From an uncultured Candidatus Saccharibacteria bacterium (GTDB lineage Bacteria > Patescibacteriota > Minisyncoccia > Minisyncoccales > RBG-13-42-11), in assembly GCA_964481125.1 (NCBI GenBank), contig CAYZSL010000004.1, positions 1-43,266 of the forward strand: a stretch of 43,266 nucleotides of DNA, in the 5' to 3' direction. Shown in pieces: positions 34,560-41,814 of the stretch (the stretch's first letter is position 1; the number at the start of each line of letters is the position of its first letter). The notes below the pieces were generated by a model. That model was given only the letters and a program-made list of their open reading frames with translations, did not search any database and was not told the origin of the DNA. The translations under genes were made by a program, and so were the position numbers.

Positions 34560-35438
34560 ATGAAATTCAAAATATCCTTTCTCTTATTTCTCATACTGAT
34601 ATTTGTTTTTTTACCTTTTACTTCAAAGGCAGCTGAGCAAACAACAATAGCAAAATTAATCCAGCAGATAGAAATAATCAAGTTTGAGATTGCTGTTTTC
34701 CAATCTTTAATTTCGAATCTCCAACTGAATCAAGGAATTACCGCTAAATCTTATTTGGCAGTAGATCTTTCCAATAATTCAGTTCTTCTGCAGAAAAACT
34801 CAAACCAAACATATATCCCGGCTTCCATTACTAAGTTAATGACAGCCGTCATTACTCTTGAGAATACTAACGAAAACCAAACAATAACTTTAACTGAAAA
34901 AATGCTTGAACCCGCAGGCCAAAGCCCTTGTCTTTTTCTCGGATTGAACATCAGCGCAAAAAACCTTCTCAAAGCCAGCCTTACCCAGTCAGCTAATGAC
35001 GCTGCTGAAGCTTTATCGTATTTCACAGGAAAAGAAAAATTCATCGGACTGATGAATCAAAAAGCAAAAGAGCTTAACATGTTAAATACCGTCTTTCACG
35101 ACGTGCACGGGCTGAATCCGGCAAATAAAACCACAGCTTCAGATTTATTAAAGCTTTTAAGCTACATTCAAAAGAATCATCCAGAAATATTAAGCACGAG
35201 CAAAGAAAACGACTTCTGGCTTCCAGATGCATCAGGAACCCTGCTTAAATTCCAGAATGTGAACAATTTCTATCCTCTTCCCGAATTTATCGGAGGAAAA
35301 ACAGGCTATTTGCCAGAAGCCAAACAAACCTTAGCTTCAATGTTTAATGTTAACGGAAAACAAATCGCTATAATTCTATTGTATTCTAGCAACCGCCAGG
35401 CTGACGCTTTTGCTATTATCAAGCAGATTAGAAAGTAA
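34560..35438 (+). CDS. D-alanyl-D-alanine carboxypeptidase (S11 PBP)
   Basis: Signal peptide plus SITK (SxxK), SAND (SxN) and KTGY (KTG). Confidence 0.85.
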   Translation: MKFKISFLLFLILIFVFLPFTSKAAEQTTIAKLIQQIEIIKFEIAVFQSLISNLQLNQGITAKSYLAVDLSNNSVLLQKNSNQTYIPASITKLMTAVITLENTNENQTITLTEKMLEPAGQSPCLFLGLNISAKNLLKASLTQSANDAAEALSYFTGKEKFIGLMNQKAKELNMLNTVFHDVHGLNPANKTTASDLLKLLSYIQKNHPEILSTSKENDFWLPDASGTLLKFQNVNNFYPLPEFIGGKTGYLPEAKQTLASMFNVNGKQIAIILLYSSNRQADAFAIIKQIRK

Positions 35439-35473
35439 AAAACCGCCTCTTTGACGATTTTTTAAAATTCGGG

Positions 35474-36112
35474 CTAAATTCTGATTCTGCTTAACTTCAG
35501 TAAGTCTTTAGCGTTTTTCTTAATAAGTTTTTCCGACGTCAATTTAGGATAATTCTTTCGTATTTGACGTACGAGATATGTTCCTATTTTATATCCTAGC
35601 CGTTTCGGCTTTTTCCCCTGCCCCAAAAACCATTCATCGTAAGAAAAACGAGAAGTTGTTAAATTTTCTTTCTTAAATATCGGAAGCCATTTCTTAATAA
35701 ATTTATTTGTATATTTTGAGGATTCGGGAATTCTTTCCGGTACTTGTTCTAGTTCAAAAACAGTTGCCAGGCCTTCTGCGAATAGGGCTTCCAAGAAAGA
35801 AATCTTCTTTTCCGCATAGCCGCAAAAGCCTCGTTTAACATGATTCATTTCGTGACAGACAATGGCTTTTAGTTCGTTTTTATCAAATTTTTTTTGAGGA
35901 ATGGCAACTCTAATCCAATCTTCGGCTTGAGTGTATGCCCAGATATGTTTCTTGCTAAAACGATAAACCGTAAAATTAACAATATGTTCTTTCCCCAATT
36001 TTAAAAGCTTGGCAGCGTGAGTCGCGCTATTTTTAATGATATTTTCTATTTCTTTCTTTTCCTTTTCAGTAAAAGCCTTCTTTGATTTTAAAAATATAAT
36101 ATTTAGCTTCAT
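35474..36112 (-). CDS. Putative Zn-dependent protease (DUF2268-like)
   Basis: HEMNH zinc motif. 212 aa. Confidence 0.5.
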   Translation of the reverse strand: MKLNIIFLKSKKAFTEKEKKEIENIIKNSATHAAKLLKLGKEHIVNFTVYRFSKKHIWAYTQAEDWIRVAIPQKKFDKNELKAIVCHEMNHVKRGFCGYAEKKISFLEALFAEGLATVFELEQVPERIPESSKYTNKFIKKWLPIFKKENLTTSRFSYDEWFLGQGKKPKRLGYKIGTYLVRQIRKNYPKLTSEKLIKKNAKDLLKLSRIRI

Positions 36113-36218
36113 AGACCAAATGAGAATCTATTTAAAATATAAATTACTAATAAGATAAAAGCTATCCCCCAATAAATTTTCCAAATTGATTAAAAATAGA
36201 TTTAACACCGTTTTTTCA

Positions 36219-36473
36219 CTATGTTATGCCTTCTTGATATTCTTGCCCGTTTATTTTGGGAAATACAGGATAAATTTTTTGAACTCTGCCGACCTGCCCA
36301 TCCCTTAGCCGCACTTTAATCCCACGATGATGAGAAGTAGAACTCGTCAAAATTCCCGCCACTATTCCGCGGGTAAGCTTTCCAGTTTTCTGATCTTCTT
36401 TAAGCACAATTTCCACTTCCGAACCGATTTTTACATTTTCCCTCTTTTGCCCGTCCATAATTTTATTATTCAA
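36219..36473 (-). CDS. YwbE-family protein
   Basis: GSEVEIVLKEDQKTGKLTRGIV...HHRGIKVRLRDGQVGRV matches the YwbE (DUF2196) pattern. Confidence 0.7.
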   Translation of the reverse strand: MNNKIMDGQKRENVKIGSEVEIVLKEDQKTGKLTRGIVAGILTSSTSHHRGIKVRLRDGQVGRVQKIYPVFPKINGQEYQEGIT

Positions 36474-37113
36474 ATTTTTTAAATTCGCCAGGCCCTATAA
36501 ACCGTACTTCGCCATTATCAACTAATATCGCTTGAGAATCAGTTAAGGCAAAAATTGGACAAGAAGCCTTATTTTTATTTTCATTAATAATCGCTTCGTG
36601 CTCTGGAACATAATGGGGAGAAATTAAAAAGTCGACTAATCCCAACCCTCGTAAATCTTTTAATCCTACTGTATTCACGTCTTCAAGGTGTTTCCACTGA
36701 GCCCCCGAAATATCAGGCCCGGCAATGTAACTTCCCGCGCTAACTCCTAAATAAATTCCTCCTTTATTTAAAAACGGCTTCAATAATCTATCGAATCCAC
36801 TCTCTCTTATATATTTCATTAAATAAAAAGTGCTACCGCCAGTAACAAAAATTACGTCAAAATTTTTAATTTTTTCTTTTAAGGATTCTTCGTTTTCCTT
36901 TCTTAAATCTATTTCTATTATCATTTTAAAACCCAGCTCTATTAATCGCTCTCTATCCTTTTTTACGTAAAAGGCATCTCCTTCGGGATGGTGGTCGAAA
37001 GAAGCGGTAGGAATAAAACAAATCCTTGTCTCTTCCGGTTTTTTATTCAATAATTTTAGGAATTCTTCAGTTGTCTCTGGCGGTAATCCCGCCGATGTTA
37101 AGAATAGCTTCAT
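36466..37113 (-). CDS. Peptidase E (S51 family)
   Basis: FVTGGSTFYL and the GVSAGS nucleophile region. Confidence 0.75.
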   Translation of the reverse strand: MKLFLTSAGLPPETTEEFLKLLNKKPEETRICFIPTASFDHHPEGDAFYVKKDRERLIELGFKMIIEIDLRKENEESLKEKIKNFDVIFVTGGSTFYLMKYIRESGFDRLLKPFLNKGGIYLGVSAGSYIAGPDISGAQWKHLEDVNTVGLKDLRGLGLVDFLISPHYVPEHEAIINENKNKASCPIFALTDSQAILVDNGEVRFIGPGEFKKFE

Positions 37114-37130
37114 TTTAGATTAACGTTTGA

Positions 37131-37451
37131 TTATTTTTGGTCTTCTCGCAACTGCTTAAAAGCGCCCTTTTCTCCTTTATATCGCCGTTGTTCGTTCTTC
37201 TCGATTTTTTTCATAATTTCTTCGTACCCGTCTTCGCCCAACATTTCAAGCAAACCTAAAGAATAAATTATTAAATCTACTATCTCTTCTGCTAGTTCAT
37301 CTTTATTGTCCTTGCGATAAGCCCTGACCGCTTCACCTAACTCTTCAGTAAGATATAAAAACTCCTTACTAATATCAGTAGTATTAAACCCTTTTTTTAC
37401 TTTATTATCCCAAATCCGTTTTTGAATTTCTCTTAATGTTAATTCTTTCAT
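37131..37451 (-). CDS. MazG-like nucleotide pyrophosphohydrolase
   Basis: LTEELGEAVRAY and EEIVDLIIYSL (EExxE/D metal-binding helices). Confidence 0.7.
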   Translation of the reverse strand: MKELTLREIQKRIWDNKVKKGFNTTDISKEFLYLTEELGEAVRAYRKDNKDELAEEIVDLIIYSLGLLEMLGEDGYEEIMKKIEKNEQRRYKGEKGAFKQLREDQK

Positions 37452-37458
37452 TTTTGGC

Positions 37459-37542
37459 TTAAATTTTGATTATTTTTGATTTAGCTTTTTTAATTTCATC
37501 GAAACTATTAACTTTTGCCCTGATTTCCACTTCTATGTTCAT
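37459..37542 (-). pseudogene. 27-codon remnant resembling a CYTH/CyaB N-terminus
   Basis: Hand translation gives MNIEVEIRAKVNSFDEIKKAKSKIIKI*. The ExExK-type beta-strand opening is typical of CYTH, and the ORF is truncated just before mazG. Confidence 0.25.
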
Positions 37543-37597
37543 ATATTCAAATCTTAACAGAAAACTACTTTCTTGGCGACTAAAAATGAAAGGCCGC

Positions 37598-38116
37598 TTA
37601 TTCAGCGACCTTATTATTGACTTCTAACACCTCCTCTTCAGAAATTACTTCATCAATATGGTGAATTTCCCAGCCAAACGCCGTACGAGCTTTTTCCAGG
37701 CGTGAAAATTCCACTGCATCTTCTTTATGAATGAAATAAAAATAAGCCATGTGGGCTCTAGGGTTAAGACCGATTGGCCCGTAAGTCACAACTTCCCAGT
37801 TTCCTTTTGCCTCACGAGAAAGAATCCCGAGATTAACTAAAATGGAATGGAAACTCTCTTTCTGGTCATGGAATCTTCCCATTTTAAAGTGCTTACTGTA
37901 TTCCGGCCAATCCACCTTCAGCTTACCGCTGACCACGCTGATAAAATCTTCGGCGTTTCTCTTAAAGTTATCTATCCACTCATTTTTGACGCATTCGATA
38001 CAAAACCCACCGATGTTACAGACGTTTACCTCCATCATCTGAAAGACAAAGGAAGTCATGTGGCCCGGCTTGCCAGCCCGGTTCTTCTTGCAGTTATAAC
38101 ATAGATTGTCACTCAT
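37598..38116 (-). CDS. Hypothetical Cys-rich protein
   Basis: 172 aa with N-terminal CYNC...CIEC. AGGAGG lies 8 nt upstream of the ATG. Confidence 0.5.
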   Translation of the reverse strand: MSDNLCYNCKKNRAGKPGHMTSFVFQMMEVNVCNIGGFCIECVKNEWIDNFKRNAEDFISVVSGKLKVDWPEYSKHFKMGRFHDQKESFHSILVNLGILSREAKGNWEVVTYGPIGLNPRAHMAYFYFIHKEDAVEFSRLEKARTAFGWEIHHIDEVISEEEVLEVNNKVAE

Positions 38117-38139
38117 TTCTTATACCTCCTACAAAAAAC

Positions 38140-38166
38140 TAAAATAGCCTGATATACAGGCTGTTT
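38140..38166 (-). terminator. Terminator after 38193..38429
   Basis: Stem AGCCTG/CAGGCT followed by ATTTT on the minus strand. Confidence 0.5.
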
Positions 38167-38192
38167 TAAGATAACACTTTAAACAGTAAAAG

Positions 38193-38429
38193 TCAATTAG
38201 TGGTTATTTTTGATTTGGCTTTTTTAATTTCAGCTGGTTTCTCCAATAATTTCCCTTTATGTAATTTATATAAAAGCGGGATTACGCCGCAATCTTTGCA
38301 TTTCCCCCAGCCGCACTTACCTTTGTTCTTTTTAAATAACATTCTGCAAATGGCGATTTCCTTATCAAAAATCGCTTTCTTAATGATGTTTTTCTTTAAT
38401 CCGGTTTTATAGGTTAATTTATTTTTCAT
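38193..38429 (-). CDS. Small basic Cys-containing hypothetical protein
   Basis: 78 aa with CGWGKCKDCG. Confidence 0.45.
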   Translation of the reverse strand: MKNKLTYKTGLKKNIIKKAIFDKEIAICRMLFKKNKGKCGWGKCKDCGVIPLLYKLHKGKLLEKPAEIKKAKSKITTN

Positions 38430-38478
38430 ATATTTCTTCTTCTACTCTACCCTATTTTACCGAAATTCAACAATTGAT

Positions 38479-38508
38479 AAAAAAGGAAGGGCCAGAAGAT
38501 TTCCTTCC
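38479..38508 (-). terminator. Terminator after 38579..39067
   Basis: Stem GGAAGG/CCTTCC followed by TTTTTT on the minus strand. Confidence 0.6.
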
Positions 38509-38578
38509 AGCCCCATTTGCCCTATTGAAATGAGAATTTGATTTATCAGCGTAGGGATTTGAGTCCAAAATTTCCGGG

Positions 38579-39067
38579 TCACCTTGCTATTGCAAGATTG
38601 TGATCGTGCGGCCCATAAGGGCGCTTCTTTTTTCCCTCTTTCTTCTTTTTCTTGGATGGAGGCGGATCTACCTGCTCGAGATCCTTTTCGTCGAAGCTTA
38701 CGATATCGGTGATTTTACCTTTCCCGTCCACCGGCGGTTGGATTCCATAACGGTCACCTGCGTGCATATGTTTTACGCGCAACACGATGATACCCGTCAA
38801 ACCAGTGAGTATATCCTTCACCTTGACGCCAAGCTTAAGGGCATTTGGAGTCTCGATTGCCGGCGACAGATTGGCGCTGGGCGGAGCAACAATTTCTAGA
38901 TCAGGCCCATCTATATAGTGGAGGTCGGGCAACTGCCCCTCCTTATCCACTGCAGGCTGAACCCCATAACGGATACACTTGTGCATATGTTCCACCCGAG
39001 AAGCCACAAACCCCTGGAAACCAGTAATTTTGTCTTGCACCAAAGAACCAAACGGAATGATTTTCAC
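38579..39067 (-). CDS. Tandem-domain hypothetical protein with a basic tail (GTG start)
   Basis: Two ~60-aa repeats share G..V.D..TG..G....RV.HMH...RYG.QP.VD..G...D....D..DLE.V. AGGAGGG lies upstream. Visibly GC-richer than its surroundings. Confidence 0.55.
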   Translation of the reverse strand: MKIIPFGSLVQDKITGFQGFVASRVEHMHKCIRYGVQPAVDKEGQLPDLHYIDGPDLEIVAPPSANLSPAIETPNALKLGVKVKDILTGLTGIIVLRVKHMHAGDRYGIQPPVDGKGKITDIVSFDEKDLEQVDPPPSKKKKKEGKKKRPYGPHDHNLAIAR

Positions 39068-39225
39068 AATTCCCTCCTATAGAATGTTTGCTTCGCTGAA
39101 TTTCACAGTCGAAGTGTCTTCAGACTAATAAAAAGAACTAATTTTTACATTCGATTCTCCTTTTTTTTTATTTATTGATAATCAGAATCATAACATCTCA
39201 ACGAGAAAAGTCAAGAGACCGCAGC

Positions 39226-39253
39226 TTGACAAATAAATGAAGTAATTTATTAT
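39226..39253 (+). promoter_or_regulatory. TTGACA-16-TATTAT promoter of the CYTH fusion gene
   Basis: Canonical hexamers. AAGGAGG (39287-39293) lies 4 nt before the ATG. Confidence 0.55.
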
Positions 39254-39297
39254 CTAAACGGAGAGAAAAAATATTTGAACCTTAAAAAGGAGGAATA

Positions 39298-40404
39298 ATG
39301 GCTATTGAGAATGAAGTCAGATTTCTGGTGACCAAGATGCATCCGAATTTTCCCTTGGACGCAAAACCACCCTGGCAGATCAAGCAGGGATACTTTGACC
39401 TGATCAATCCCAACAAGCATTTAAGGGTCCGCATCATAAACGGCCAAAGAGCGTTTCTCTGCACAAAAGAAGGTACAGGATATTCACGCGAGGAAGAAGA
39501 GGAAAGAATCGGTGTTCGGCCTGCTAGTTTCCTATTCAATCAGTGCTCCAGTTATTTGGAAAAAACCCGCTATTTTCCGAAATACCGTACAGAAGGCGGC
39601 GAATGGACGATTGATTTCTTCAAGGATCCTTTGGGCGGAATTGTCATAGCTGAATTCGAATACCAATTGCCAGGAGTAGAGGCTATCTTACCACCTTGGA
39701 TTCTGGAAGCAAAAGACGTTACCGATTCTGTCTCAAATGTGCACTTGGCCAGGCTAGCCACAGAGCTTAGGGAAACAGGAGAAATAAAAACCCCTGTAGC
39801 TCTCTATAGCGAGATTGTACCCAAAATCATCCCGCGGATAGTCACAACCGGCCCCCCTTGCGCAGGAAAATCAAAAATGTTGAGGGTTGTTAAGGAGAAA
39901 ATGGGCAATTTCATCCATTGCGTGCCAGAAACTGCCACCATAATGATAACGCTGGTTGGTTTAAACCCAAAGCTTAATGCGCGCCGCTTTAATAGCAGCC
40001 TTTATCGGGTACAAGCCATTTTTGAAGCAACATCCGCAGAACAGGCGGTTGATGAAAAGAAAAAAGCCATGCTGCTTGACCGGGGCACGATAGACAATGC
40101 AGCCTACATGAAGGGACTTTTAACGGATTTCTCAGCCTTAATTAAGACAACTGCAGACTACGAATATTCCAAATACCAGCTAGTCATCTGCCTGGAAATG
40201 CCGCCAAAGCACGTTTATGAGCAACACCGGTATAATAATCCTGCTCGTAAAGAGAGTTACGAGGAAGCTTTTCTGCTCGGCGAAAAAATAAAAGAAGTCT
40301 GGAAAGGACATCCTAATCTCCATCTCGTTTCTGGCGAGAACACCTGGGAAGAAAAGGAGAAAACGGTTCTGTACATCATACGCAAATTCCTTGACGGAAA
40401 GTAA
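39298..40404 (+). CDS. CYTH (triphosphate tunnel metalloenzyme) domain fused to a P-loop NTPase/kinase (AAA_28/NadR-like)
   Basis: N-terminal half ENEVRFLV, LRVRI, IAEFEY (CYTH strands). C-terminal half Walker A TGPPCAGKS, PETA, LLDRGTIDNAAY. Confidence 0.7.
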   Translation: MAIENEVRFLVTKMHPNFPLDAKPPWQIKQGYFDLINPNKHLRVRIINGQRAFLCTKEGTGYSREEEEERIGVRPASFLFNQCSSYLEKTRYFPKYRTEGGEWTIDFFKDPLGGIVIAEFEYQLPGVEAILPPWILEAKDVTDSVSNVHLARLATELRETGEIKTPVALYSEIVPKIIPRIVTTGPPCAGKSKMLRVVKEKMGNFIHCVPETATIMITLVGLNPKLNARRFNSSLYRVQAIFEATSAEQAVDEKKKAMLLDRGTIDNAAYMKGLLTDFSALIKTTADYEYSKYQLVICLEMPPKHVYEQHRYNNPARKESYEEAFLLGEKIKEVWKGHPNLHLVSGENTWEEKEKTVLYIIRKFLDGK

Positions 40405-40427
40405 ATAGCCAAAGTCTTTCAAAGACA

Positions 40428-40462
40428 AAACGCCATCTGAGTTAATCTCGGGTGGCGTTTTA
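40428..40462 (+). terminator. Terminator of the CYTH fusion gene
   Basis: Stem ACGCCA/TGGCGT followed by TTTT. Confidence 0.6.
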
Positions 40463-40531
40463 ATGCTTTAAAAGAATAGGTATATTAGAATAAGTTGCTT
40501 ATTTTGATAGTAGCTTTTTAAACAAAAAAAT

Positions 40532-40566
40532 CAAGCTCCGCGTCGTGAACGACGTTCGAACCTGTT
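40532..40566 (-). repeat. Inter-cassette element, outlying copy J
   Basis: Plus strand CAAGCTCCGCGTCGTGAACGACGTTCGAACCTGTT, with an internal CGTCG/CGACG hairpin. Confidence 0.5.
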
Positions 40567-40574
40567 ATAAATAA

Positions 40575-40613
40575 AAAATGAAAAACCCCGCTCCAATAGC
40601 ATGGCAGCGGGGT
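40575..40613 (-). terminator. Terminator after 40632..41120
   Basis: Stem CCCCGCT/AGCGGGG followed by TTTTTCATTTTTT on the minus strand. Confidence 0.7.
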
Positions 40614-40631
40614 TCACTTATGATCGTTCGA

Positions 40632-41120
40632 CTAAACCAGAACCTTTGTGTAATTAAGCACAGACCCTACGGCTTCTTTGATTTCTTCCTTTAGCTCAAT
40701 TGAAACGTTTGGGTCGCCATCATGACCAGTTCCAGGACACGGAATGTTTAGATATTTCTGATAGCGGATGAATTTACCCTGGGATGCAACAGTCCCTCCA
40801 TACTGGTCAATAAGCCAATCACTTCCTTGGACAACATAATCATTGTTCAGGCCGAATGCGGCAGCTAACTCTGAATAACTCATCATGACCCTGCCATCTG
40901 TCTGCTCTTTGATGGGGAAGCAATTTACCACCCGCCACTCAACAAACCAGCCGACAATCCGATCTATATTGACCCTATCAATTGTAACCTTAGCCGCGCT
41001 TCCCTCGATGACAATATGCTTTCTGTTCTCATCGCATTCTTTCAAATGCATTTTTAGCCCGCGGGTATGCCACCATACTGGACCGGAACCAAACTTCCTA
41101 AATACTGGTTCTTTTTTCAA
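40632..41120 (-). CDS. Hypothetical protein (TTG start)
   Basis: 162 aa. AGGAGG lies 6 nt upstream of the TTG. GC-richer codon usage. No family recognised. Confidence 0.5.
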   Translation of the reverse strand: MKKEPVFRKFGSGPVWWHTRGLKMHLKECDENRKHIVIEGSAAKVTIDRVNIDRIVGWFVEWRVVNCFPIKEQTDGRVMMSYSELAAAFGLNNDYVVQGSDWLIDQYGGTVASQGKFIRYQKYLNIPCPGTGHDGDPNVSIELKEEIKEAVGSVLNYTKVLV

Positions 41121-41153
41121 CTTAAACCTCCTTATAATAAAGTCTCTGAAATT

Positions 41154-41181
41154 ACTATACTATTTTCTACAAAAAAATCAA
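41154..41181 (-). promoter_or_regulatory. TTGATT-16-TATAGT promoter
   Basis: The hexamers lie within the 16-nt direct repeat ACAAAAAAATCAAGCT region. Confidence 0.5.
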
Positions 41182-41196
41182 GCTTTAGTTGTTTTT

Positions 41197-41721
41197 TTAT
41201 AAAGTATACTCCCAATAAGGCTGCCATTTGAACGGCACAGATAAGCAATCTTGGATAGTTTTATTACCGACTAAAGTATCTAAACCGTATTGAGTGGCTC
41301 GGTGACCGACGACTAAAACAGCTTTATCAGGATATTTCTCTTTTAATTCCTTATAAAAGCCCTGAACTCTGGCCACTGCGCTTTCATAGCTCTCGCCGTT
41401 AGGAAAAGGTTCTTTGATGCGTTCCTTTTTCATTGATTCCACGATCTTGCTCGGCTGGCCGCTAAAGTCGCCGTAATTAAGCTCTCTGAGACGTTCATCG
41501 GAAATAACCGGATATTCGTCTCCAAAAGCTATCTTGACCGTATCAAGGGCTCTCTTTAAGTCAGAACAGCAGATTAAATCAATCTTTACGTCTTTGAAAT
41601 GCTCTTTCATTTCCCCGGCCTGTTTTTTGCCCAATTCCGACAAACCGACATCTTTCCAGCCGGAAGCGATTCCCTCTTCGTTATCCGTGGTGGTAGCGTG
41701 AGCTGCAAAGTATATTTTCAT
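41197..41721 (-). CDS. Histidine-phosphatase family protein (variant AHA in place of RHG)
   Basis: IYFAAHATTTDNE...GWKDVGLSELGKKQA and VVGHRATQ. The catalytic His is kept and the motif Arg is replaced. Confidence 0.7.
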   Translation of the reverse strand: MKIYFAAHATTTDNEEGIASGWKDVGLSELGKKQAGEMKEHFKDVKIDLICCSDLKRALDTVKIAFGDEYPVISDERLRELNYGDFSGQPSKIVESMKKERIKEPFPNGESYESAVARVQGFYKELKEKYPDKAVLVVGHRATQYGLDTLVGNKTIQDCLSVPFKWQPYWEYTL

Positions 41722-41727
41722 ATTACG

Positions 41728-41733
41728 ATTATG
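41728..41733 (-). promoter_or_regulatory. -10 box CATAAT 6 nt before the ATG
   Basis: Minus strand reads CATAAT-CGTAAT-ATG. Confidence 0.4.
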
Positions 41734-41814
41734 ATTTTCTAGTTTGAAAAACGCTTGCTTTATATGACGTAGAATATACCTTGTGCGACATTTTTCTTCA
41801 ATTTAGACTATATT

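Noticed and set aside
38541-38565. A possible third tRNA 3' fragment (minus strand GGACTCAAATCCCTACGCTGATA) downstream of the tandem-domain gene.
   Set aside because: It has two mismatches in the invariant GTTC of the T-loop and no CCA-type end. That is too weak to distinguish from chance.
39282-40428. ORFs 39282..39539, 39570..39761 and 40180..40428 on the minus strand.
   Set aside because: They are antisense to the well-supported CYTH/P-loop fusion gene and have no independent signals.
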